Position numbers and translations under genes: made by a program. A DNA stretch of 64,000 nucleotides from Octopus sinensis (Eukaryota). The DNA lies in the NCBI RefSeq assembly GCF_006345805.1, contig NC_043000.1, forward strand, positions 90,272,001 to 90,336,000. The letters run 5' to 3'. Shown here piece after piece: positions 26,255 to 38,529 of the stretch. The notes under the pieces were generated by a model that was not told the origin of the DNA, did not search any database, and saw only the letters and a list, made by a program, of their open reading frames with translations. Within the stretch, counting starts at the first letter, position 1; every line of letters starts with the position of its first letter.

Positions 26255-29200
26255 GTGTGTGTATGTGTGTACATTGATGTGGTTAGTAGGTTTTTCCTTG
26301 TCTTGACATTGTATGATGATTGTAAATGAACATCACTCATAAAAGTAATGATTTTCGTATCCAATCGTCTCTGAAAACATGTCAAGCCATGAGGAGATAT
26401 TACTTTGCTTAGAAATAGGTGAGGACTGTTGACGGGAAGGACACCCAACTATAGAAAATCTGCCTTAATGAATTCTGTCTGGCCCATGCAAACACAAAAA
26501 AGTGTACATTAATATGCTGAAACAGTGAGTACAGTTAATTTACCTCAGTGAGTATTTTTACCAACTTTTGCTCAGCATACCAATCTCCTGGAAACTTCAG
26601 AAATGTGCAACCAGATAAATACCCGCCGTCAGGCATCTACCATACTCTGAACATCCCTGGGTATGAACACATTAAAGCTCAAACATCTGGTAGCTGACTT
26701 GGTAGACACCCATAAGATTATCCATTGTCTTTCTAATAACAATTCTGGGCACCTTTTTGAATTATTTATGTCTAACATCCATACAAAATCAAAAAGCAAC
26801 ACAGCACCCATGACTTTTGGAAACATTTTTTCATGCCCAGAATTGTCGAAGCATGAAATAAACTACCTCCATCAGTTGTTAGCTGTCAAGACCCTCCATT
26901 CTTCAAAACTTTTATGATTCCTGAAATTCGCTAACAGTACACCTGATGTCTCCAACCCCATTTCTTTTTTTTTTTCTTTTTTTTGAAGACTTATTCACTG
27001 TTCACTTCCTGTGCATATTCTATGTTCAGTTTATGCAGCTTTGATTACTCTTTCTGATGAGTTTTAGTGCACTTGAGCACTGTATACATTAAGTTCATAA
27101 TAATAATAATAATGATAATAATAATGATACTAATAATAATAAATGAAAGGGAAAAATAATGAAAAATCAATTGCTTTGTAAATCTTTTTCATTAGATTGT
27201 ACAGTGTGTTGTTATTCCTAGAACTGCAAGGGGTGTAACTAAGAAATGGTTAATGAAATTTAAAAATGTCAATATTTCAAATGAAGTAATGTGATATATT
27301 TTTGTGAAATGGTGTTTGATGCAGCTTATATAAAGGAAGCTGATTGTTATTTTATGCCATAAATAACATCTCAATAATATGAAATAATGGAAAGAACCAA
27401 TAATTTTATGTTTATTTTTAAAATATGTATCAAAGAATTTACTGCTGGAAAGCAGAAGAGTTAAGTTGGAAACTACTTCATCATCAGCTCGAATTTTGTG
27501 GTAGTTATAATGATGTATCTGTTGTCAAATACACTATCCTATATATATCTGAATTGACTTAGTTGAAGAATAGTTGAATATATAATATTAAGAAAAGCTT
27601 GCAGTTGTAAAAATGTGGCTCAATTCAAATACAGATATGAAATTTTAAAGCTATTTGAATAAATATAGTTTGGATTATGGATTATGAAATATAAACCCTT
27701 GCAAAATTAAATATTTCATATTCTTAGAAGAATCCAGGATTACCTCCATCTTGTAGCCTTTGCTGAAAAATAAGTATAGAAATTGTTTTCTAACATTGCA
27801 GGAATTAGATAGCAAAGAAAGCGTGCAACCTGGTGATGAAAGTGATAAAATGTTCAGTGAAATTCTTGAACAGTCTGTGCAGTCAAGCAACAAAGAATTA
27901 GCTGGTCAGGTAAGATTTGGTTTTATATTCCATTCTTTCCTCATTTAACAGAATTACTGCAATAGTGCTGAGAAATCATTGATGTCATAAACTTTCTTTT
28001 AGAGTGTTGATTTTACAGGATTTTGATAAATGTTGAGATGCACAGTGCTTAGTACAATAAATACATTTTTTTTTTTCGAAAAACATGGTTGAAAGTATTG
28101 AAGTAATTTTTCTCATAATATTAGTAATGTCTATTCTTGTGAGCTAATTTTACATCACTACCACCGCTTTACGCTACTGTGTCCAACTAGTGTAGCTATG
28201 TATCTCCTCTACAATTAGATACTCATCCCTGTCCCTCTACCATACTTTAAGTTCTCAACATCTACAGCAAAACCACCTATCTCAATACTGCACCCTTACT
28301 CAGTCAATGGGTCTTTTCTTGCAAGTTAGTTGGTAACTTCACTAATGCTGGTGCCACATCAAAAAAGCACCCACTGCATACTGTAAAGTGATTGGCATTA
28401 TGATATATCTTAAGTAGTAATTTATCTGGTTATTTTGTTGCTTTCATTTACTGATAGTCTACTTATAAGGTTGATGCTTGTGCACTGTTAATTTACTAGC
28501 AGAATATTAGCTTGTGTATTAATTATTTGGAAAAATAGGGTGGAGCTGTATACTTCGGGTTTACCCTGATATCACTTGGTCTCAACTCCTGTTTGTATTC
28601 AGAACAATTTAATTGTATCCTTCTGTTACTCTTTATACTGTTCTCTCACCCATATTTTACAGTAATCCCCCTCATGAGTCACCAAATTATCTTTTCCCTA
28701 CCACTATATGTTCCCCTCTCCCATTCACTACATTTGTCCCACACTCTAACAACCTACTCAATCACATATCTCCCTCTCTCCCTTTTGCCTATCTTTTCTC
28801 TCTCTTCCCCTGCCTACTTTATCATCATCATCATAAGAAAAAAAAAATATATATATATAAAATATTATATTATATATGTGTGTGTCTCTTTGTCCTGATG
28901 TTGTGTAATAATTGTAAAGTGATTATCACAAGCAATTTCTAGTATTCTACAAGAATGTTTGGCCATGGGGAAATATTACCTTGCTTGGAAACAAGTGAGT
29001 GTTGGTGACAGGAAGAGCATCAGCCCTCAGAAAAATTTTCTACCTCAGAAAACTCTGTCCAACCCATGCAAGCATGGAAAAGCGAACATTGAAATGATAT
29101 TGATAATAATGATGATGACGATAGTATGTCACGAATTATATTCTGCTATATTTATGCATTTTTCTCCTTTTCTCAAAATCTTCAAGAATGAACCAATGAA

Positions 29201-32200
29201 TGCTGACATTCTGCAACAGGCTCTTGAAAACAGTGGCCTTCCTAGTGTAAATATTACAGGTGAGCAAGAAACTAACGAGGAGGGTGTTTCTAGCTCTGTT
29301 CAAGCTGCAACCACTACAACTCAATCTTTGTTTACTACGACAGTGCATGACGCAGCAACTGGTGCTCCCAAGATGCATACTATTCGAAAGGTTTGTACAT
29401 TTTTCTTGAATTTCCTAAAGATCATCATCTTAGTAGCATCTTCATTGTTATCGTTATCATCGTTGTCATCGTCATCAGCACCATCATCATTGCTATCATT
29501 TGTCATTATTGTCGTCATCGTCCTCCTTCTTATCATCATCATTTTATGTGTCCAGGTTTTTCCTTCCTGTTCATAAGCACTTTTACATGGCACCGGCACA
29601 GCTGCCTTTTATGTGGCGTCAACACCCATGAGCCCACAAGCTGAGTGATCCTAATCATGTGGGCTTGTTGGTGCTGGTGCCATGTAAAAAGCACCTGTGC
29701 TGGTGTCACATAAAAACACCTCTGCTGGTGCTGTATAAAAGCATCCTGTACACTCTGTAAAGTGATTGGTGTTAGGAAAGGCATCCAGCTGTAGTAGCCA
29801 TGTCATTGAACCAACCCCAGAGCCCCTCTTGGACATCATCATCTTTAGCCTCTACCAGCCCTTTATACAAAACTGAGCTGGTATTCCCACTGCCGGCCTT
29901 GCCTGTCTTGTGGATCAACATGAGTGCCTGTTAACACTCCTTTTGCTATTCTGTCAGATTCCGTCTTTTTATAAAACCGGGTTTAAATCTCTCTAAGGAG
30001 GCTGGTTGTGGAAAGAATTCTTCCACCAGCGAATTCCACACCTTATCACCTTCCAGGTAGCGCCAGAGATGTCTCAGCCTCAACACATGTCTGCGCATCA
30101 TAAGCCATGGCATCCCTAACCCACCCTTTAGTGGTCCCTAGCAGCAGACGGAACGCCTTACAAGTGGCTTTCCTCCCTTCCACAATAGGCGGAAGAGGAG
30201 GTGCTCCAACTTGTCTAGCCAAAAGTTGGGGCAAGGGACAATGGTTAGGCGGTAGGTGATTACAGATGCGACAAACACCTGTACCACTTCTGCCCTTCCT
30301 TTCAGGAATAGAGCCCATCTTGACCAAGTCTGAACTAGAGCTTCCACCCTCTCTGCCACCTCGCTCCAATTCTTCAACATCCTCAGTAATGGCTCAAGAG
30401 CCAAAATGTACAGAAGCGGGGAAAGGGGACACTCTTGATGAACTGAGCACTTGATCGAAAACAGCTCTGACAGGTAGCCGTTTATCTGAATGGTGGATTG
30501 GATACCGCTATACATTGCAGAGATTCACCTACGGAAGTCTGGGCCCAGTCCAGCTGCTTCGAGAACTGCCGCCAGGTACAGGTGGTCTACCCTATCAAAT
30601 GCTTTACTTTGGTCTAAATGGGCCAGTGCCCCACCTTTGCCGGTTAATTTATCAACCCTGTATAAAGTGAAAATTGTCCTGGATCGACCTGCCCTGAATG
30701 GCACATGTTTGCCACCCCCTACAAGTTTCTCCATGACACGCATCAACCTTTTTGCTAACACCTTGGCCAAAATCTTTAACTCTTCATTGAGTAGAGTTTT
30801 GGGCCTATAGTTACTTATATTATTCCCCTTGCTCGGGTCCTTCTGGATCAGCATCACCACTCCCCGACTCACAGAACTGGGAATCCTCCCATTCTGTTGC
30901 CAGTTTGTGTAGACGCCCGCCAGCAGGTCCCCGAACAAGTCCGGCATGCTATGATAAAACTCATAGGGTAGACCATTTAGTCCCGGCGACTTATCCCTGA
31001 CGTAATCGGCCAACACCTCTTTGACCTCCACAAGTGTAATCGGTCCTTCACAGCATTCCACCTCACGTGCCAAGAACCGCAGCCCACCGGTGAGGAAGTT
31101 CTTTAAGGGCTCCCCACACTCAAGTGAGTCACCCTGCCCAAACAAGCCGGCGAAATGCTGGTGAAAGGCCTTTTGCATCTTTTCCTGTTCATAGATCTTA
31201 TACCCTTGTTCATCAGTTAAAGACTTCACAGAGGCTTTTTTGCTCCTCTGACACTCCACATGACGAGCCCATCCGGCAATGTTAATACCTTCTCGGTTCA
31301 CTGCACGTAGCTTAGCTCTAACTCTGCAGCCTTCGTGCTTGGCTTTGAGGTGACGGTACAAGACCATTCTCGCTGCCAGCACTCTGTCTGCAGAGCCAGA
31401 TTCCAAAGCCTCGTCTAATTTCTTAAGTAGTTCCCTTTTCCAATCTTTAAACCTCTGTAACTTTTTCTTCCAATTTTTTTCTCCACAACATCATACCTTC
31501 ATAGCAATAAGATTGCAAGACTACATTATTATAGCTGATTTTCAGATTTTTTACTTCCTTTTAAAAAATGCATATTTTGTGAATGAAAAAAACTAGATCC
31601 ATATGCTTATGTGTTTATATGTTTAGTATATATATATATGCACACATGTATATATATGCATGTATGTATGTATATCCATATAAATATGTGTGTAAATAAA
31701 TATATATGTTTGAAAAAATGAGTAGAGATGGCTTTTTGATGGGGTAGTCTTTGGTTCATCATTAAACAAGATGTTTATTCCAATGGATGCCAATTTATGT
31801 TGAAACATGTATTATGGGCGATCATCAAAGCTGCAGCAGAGACTGTCCAACCTGTTACTATTAAGAAATTGACAGATTCCATAACTAATAGGGTTTTTGA
31901 AGTTATCCATCGGAATGGCAATCCTGTGGTTAAATAATTCATTATGTCAATAAATGCTACAATGTTATTAAGGTTTTTCTGATAAATATATACGCAATGT
32001 ATGCTTAATATGTACCATTATCCTTCATTTTCTGAAAAAGAAATGTCTAGATGGGCTATTTTCATTTAAAAGCTATTAGTGTGGTTCACCCAAAAACTGA
32101 AGAAACTGCAATAAAAAAGAAAGAATGTTATACAGAATAATGAAAACAACAATGATGTTGCCATAGTGAGCAAACCAGCTGTTAAAAGTTTTATCAAAAT

Positions 32201-32260
32201 CGATACACAGAAAACTGAGAAATCCTAAATTTCACTCCTAAGCTATTAGTGTGGTTCTGG

Positions 32261-32302
<42 letters not shown>

Positions 32303-35300
32303 TTCCATAAAACTTTCTTGCAAATGGCAGGCTGCCAAGCAAACTGAAAGAGGGAATAATATGCCCAATCCATAAAGGAGGAAGCAGAGCAGATGCCAAA
32401 AACTATAGGCCTATTTCTCTGACTTCACACATCAGCAAAGTCATGGAATGGATAGTCAGAGGGAAACTAATTGCATTCCTTGAAGAAAACAACTTGCTGA
32501 GTGATACCTAGCATTGCTTTCAACCATGTAGGAGCTTCCTGACCCAGCTCTTACAGCACTATGACTGGATGTTGAAGCAGTTACTCAACAACTCAAATGT
32601 GGATGTAATATATCTTGACTTTGCAAAAGCTTTTGATAAAGTGGATCATGGTATGATATGCTACAAACTGCGTGATCTTGGCATAGCTGGAAAACTTGGA
32701 GAGTGGTTACATGACTTTCTAAAAGATAGAAGTCAGGAAGTAGTGGCTAATGGAGCCACCTCAAAGAAAGCAAAAATAGTGTGCGGTGTTCCACAGGGTA
32801 CTGTCTTGGGACCACTGCTTTTCATAATGGCCATCTCAGATAGCCACCTTACTAGCAACACACAATACAAAAGTCTCGCAGAAAATACAGAACCCCAGCG
32901 ATGTTGCACACCTGCAGTAGGAGTTGGACTCAATTTACAGATGGGCAGAGGACCATAATATGCAGTTTAATGCTGAAAAATTCCAAGCCCTATGCTACCA
33001 GCATCCAAAACTGAATGTAGAACTTACAGGATACACTGGTCCACGGGGGATTACAATACCAGAGCATAAATCAGTGAGTGACCTGGATATCGACATGATT
33101 GATGATAAGGTGGTGAGCTGGCAGTAACATTAGCATGCTGGGTGAAATGCTTAGCGGTATTTCGTCTGTCTTCACGTTCTGAGTTCAAATTCCACCGAGG
33201 TCGACTTTGCCTTTCATCCTTTCGTGTTGATAAATTAAATACCAGTTACGCACTGGGGTCAGTGTCATTGACTTAATCCATTTGTCTCTCTTTGTTTGTC
33301 CCCTCTATGTTTAGCCCCTTGTGGGCAATAAAGAAATGAGTGATGATACCTCTTTCCAAGCATCCTGAATCACACTCTGTGCTGTTTTACTTGTTTTGTT
33401 TTGTTTGCTCTTGTCCCTAATTCTCTGCAAGAAAAAATTTTGTTTATGGGGCTCCATCAGTTGGGAAGCACTCAGTTTTATCGTCAAAGATAACTGATGA
33501 ATTATGGAGTTTGTTTCATGTTCGTTTTTACATTCAGTATACGTTGTGTCATTTGTTTATACATAATCAAAATCAAAATGGTAAAAACAGAACATTTCAT
33601 TGTTCATTTTTATGAATTGGATGCTTTTTTGCCTTGTTTAGTAGAGGTGAAAAATGTTTTTTTTTTTTTTGGAGAAGGGGGGGAAAGAGAGAATGAATAG
33701 CAAAGAGGCTTTCTCCTTTTTCCAGAAAAGCAAAAACATGTTTCTCCTCTTCTAAACAAAACAAAAAAGCATCGAATTCATATAAATGAACATTAAAACT
33801 TTCTGTTTTTACTATTTTGATTTTGTATAAACAAATGACGTAACGTATACTGAATGTAAAATTGAACAGGAGACAAACAAGGTCTGTAATTCTTCGCTTG
33901 CTAAATGAACAAAAGCACTAAGAAAGAATTATCCAAAATTCTGACTGGCTCCTTTTTCTCAATATATATATATATATATTGGGTCATCCCATAAATAATG
34001 CAGTTTTTTCAATACTTTTATTTTTCAAAATTAAGATAAACAAAGTTCTTTTTTAATCTAAAATATACTCTCCTCCATTTTCTACAATGCTCTTCCATCT
34101 ATCTAGCAGATTTGCAAGGCCCCTCAACCAAAATTCACTTGTCCAAGCTGAAAAATACTTCTCCTCTACTGTTCTGACATTGTCTACAGAATTTATATTT
34201 TTTCCCGTCCAAATGATTTTGAAGACTGCAGAATAAATGATAATCAGATGGGGCAATGTTGTGGGTGGGCATCATTTCCCATTCAAACTGCTCCAACCTT
34301 TGGAATGTCATCCTTGCTGTGTATGGCTGAGCATTATCCTTATAAAAGAACACCTTTTGTCTTGAATCCAAAGATGGTCATCTTCTTTCTAGTGCTGACT
34401 TAAGCCACTCACGCTGCTTAGCGCAGAACTCCTTTGTTATCGTTTGGTTTGAGTTTAAAAGTTCAAAGTGGACTAAACCTTTCATATCCCACCAAACAGA
34501 TCACAACACCTTATATGGGTGAAGACCTTCCTTAGCCTGGGGTGCTGGAGCTTCTCCTTTCCCTATCCAGTGTCTTCAGTGCTTGACATTTTTATAGAGA
34601 ACCTATTTCTTGTCACCAGTCACTGTTCAGTCCTAAAAAGGTTAATTTGAGAGACGTGAGAGCAAAGAAGAGCACACATTCACTCTCTGCATGGGATCAG
34701 ACTAGGAATGTTTGTGAGGAATCCATTGATCCAGTTTGCTGAATTTTCCAATAGCACACATGTGTCGATGAATGGTTGAATGAACAAACACAAGCTTCTC
34801 TGCTAGTTCCTCAACAGTTACGATTGGATTTTCTCCCACCAGGGTTTGCAGGACATCTTCATCGAGCTCTACAAATCTTTCCAGGATGAGGCTCATCTTG
34901 TAGGCTGTAGTTTCTGGCTCAGAATTTCTGGAATCCCTGTTTAAACTGGCTTACACTTAGTGTCTGATCCCCATATACTGCATTAATATTCCTCACACTT
35001 TCTGTTGTGTTGTAACTCCACTTAGGTGATCATAAAAGATATATTGAAGAAGTCCAACCATAAAATAGTATGACTGTGGCAATTTTCTTCACATTAACCC
35101 TTTAGCGTTCAGATTATTCTATCAAACATAATGCCTTTTGATTCCCATTGATTTGAATTAATCATGCATTATCTCATATCTTCAAGATCTTGATGGTGTA
35201 ATTACCTAATGTAGAACAACATTGTAGGGTAGGTGTGAGAGCCTGGATCTGATCAGTTTGAACATAAAACAGATTAACTATTTTGGCCGGATATGGCCGG

Positions 35301-37503
35301 TTTAAATACTAAAGGGTTAAACAACATGTTTCAGAAATTCCTTAGTACTTATTGGTTTGACAGAAACATATATGTAGGTTCTTCTTATGTTTTTTTTCTT
35401 AACTTTTTTGAGCTTTCATCTTAGAATTTATTTGTAATGTTTTTTAAAAGAACGCCATCTTTCTGAAACATGCAAATAAATCAGTAATTACATCCATTTA
35501 TTCTCTATTTTCTTCTCCTTGTTTTTCCCTATATATATATATTCTTATATATATATTCTTATATATATATATATAAGAATATATATACATACATACATAC
35601 GTACATACATACATACATACATACAAGGGGGTGCTGTAAAGTTCCTGGCTTTAAGAGTATCATGAATGGCCTGATTTGAGTCCCAACCTTCCAAGTTCTT
35701 TTACAGGGTTTAGAAAAACTGAAGGACCATGGCAATAAGTGTGAATCTGACGGGGAACATGTTGAATAAAATCATAATTTACTGTATTTTCTTTCACCCA
35801 ATGCCAGGGACTTTTCAGCGTCCCCTCAAATGCACACACACACACACACACACACACATTAATAGACATACACAGTAACTTTTTCTTTCCTTTTTATATT
35901 TGGTATTCTGATTTTTATGCTTCTTATACTTTTTGTTCTTTTTTTGTAAGCTATTCATTAACTGTAATTTTACTATTTTATTTCTTGAAAAATTCTCAGG
36001 TTAACGGTGTCCGTTGGCATCAGTGCACATACTGCACGAAAGAATTTAAGAAACCAAGTGATCTGGTGCGGCACAGTCGTATTCATACACATGAGAAACC
36101 TTATAAGTGCAACCAGTGTTTTCGCTCCTTTGCAGTGAAGAGTACGCTAACTGCTCACCTTAAAACTCACACAGGTGTCAAGGAATACAAATGTGATTGG
36201 TGTAGTAAGATGTTCTCTACTTTAGGCAGTCTTAGGGTGCATTCTCGTTTACACACAGGTATGTTAATTTTGGTTTTGTTTATGTGTTCTCCATTCTTTC
36301 TGTTTGTCAGTTTCTTCACACACGCATACATATACAAATATATGTGTGTATTCATTGATGTCTGTCTGCTCATGACTGAAGAAGACCATTATTGACCATT
36401 ATTCATGCAAAATGCCAGCAATGCATATGTATGAGGTTATTTTACCAGCTATCAGCTTCACCCACATTCATATATGTGACTTCCTTGCTCCCTGCAGTGC
36501 CTTTCTACTTGACTGGGTATCATATAGTAGTTTCACTGGCGATTGCACAACCTGAAATTTTAAAGTCCAATAAAGCTTGCACAGAGCTTCATGTACCCTC
36601 TCCACCCTACTAAGATGATCCAGAGACAAGCCTGAGTAAAATATCCAGTGCTAATATGGGTTGCTGGCTCAGGAGTGTGAGAGTGCCATGTTCTCAAGCG
36701 TAGGCAAAAGACCCCCAAAATGTTTGATGCCATTTTCTGTATATCTGGTTTTATATCAGAGTGATCTTCTTCTATAGACATACTTTAACTAACGCTAAGG
36801 GGTGCCTCACTCCCTGTGGTCTTCCAGCACACTAGACACCAGCCTGTAACTTTTGAAGGTATGTGCTATTTCTAGATAGTCGTTGAACCTACATTCAGAC
36901 CCACACTACAAGACCCCTTTGAATGAACAGCACAGGGAATTAATGTCTCCACACTATCGACCTGTAATAATAAAATATGAAATCCTATCAGAATTTACAT
37001 ACCATGGACAACAAGACTTTCTACCCATTCTACACAGCAGTTTCCTTGGATAATGGAACTACAACTGTAAAATCCAACAGATATTTTTATTTATATTCTC
37101 TTATTTTCCTTCATACTTCCTATATCTCTCCCCTTCCAAAATAACTTCTTATATTCAAGCCCACTATTTCCCTCTAATTAACTCTCACATATCGTCTCTG
37201 ATACAGGGACATCTCTCTTAACCCCGAAACAGCTGTAAGACTACCTTTCTCTTTATAAATGTCCTAGAAATTTCACACTGCCTTGGCATTGTTGTCTCAT
37301 TTTAATTATATATGTATATATGTATATGTATGTATATATATATATATATATATGTATCATCATCATCGTTTAACATCCGCTTTCCATGCTAGCATGAGTT
37401 GGACGATTTGACTGAGGTCTGGTGAACCAGATGGTTGCACTAGACTCCAATCTGATCTGGCAGAGTTTCTACAGCTGGATGCCCATGCCTATATATATGT
37501 ATG

Positions 37504-37550
<47 letters not shown>

Positions 37551-37588
37551 ATATATGTAGATATATGTATGTATGTATATATATATGT

Positions 37589-37625
<37 letters not shown>

Positions 37626-37633
37626 GATATATG

Positions 37634-37684
<51 letters not shown>

Positions 37685-37701
37685 TATATTATATATATAT
37701 G

Positions 37702-37736
<35 letters not shown>

Positions 37737-38342
37737 GTATATGTATATATATATGTATATGTAGATATATGTATGTAGATATATGTATATGTAGATATAT
37801 GTATGTATATATATGTATATGTAGATATATGTATGTATATATATGTATATGTAGATATATGTATGTATATATATATGTACATGTAGATATATATATGTAT
37901 ATATATGTATATGTAAATATATATATATATGTATAAGTATGTATATATTTATGTATATGTATATATATATGTGTGTGTGTATATATATATATGAATATAT
38001 GTGTGTGTGTGTGTATTTATTCTTAGCTACAATAGCGGCATTATCGATTTCTTTCATCTTCTTTCCCTGTTAAAGTATTTGAGAAAAATTATATTAATGT
38101 GTCCAGCTGATTAAAATTCTGTTTAATTGTGCAGCTGATGATAGCTGTGCATTTAAATTGATGTAATGATTGATGTAATGATTAAAAGGAGCCACTTGAA
38201 ACGTTTGTACTGCATCGCATCTTGATATCCTGTTGCTTATTTTTATTATATATATATATGTATATGTTATATATATGCATATATATATGTGTGTTTGTGT
38301 GTGTGCGTGTGTATATATATATATATATATATATAGATATAT

Positions 38343-38373
<31 letters not shown>

Positions 38374-38384
38374 GTATATGTATG

Positions 38385-38429
<45 letters not shown>

Positions 38430-38475
38430 TTATATATGTATGTATATGTATATATATATATTTATATATATATTA

Positions 38476-38529
<54 letters not shown>

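Noticed and set aside
27050-27090. CTGATGA followed by an AGTGC/GCACT hairpin as a hammerhead
   Set aside because: No GAAA after the stem (GTATAC instead) and no stem I or III; it lies in a CR1-type 3'UTR.
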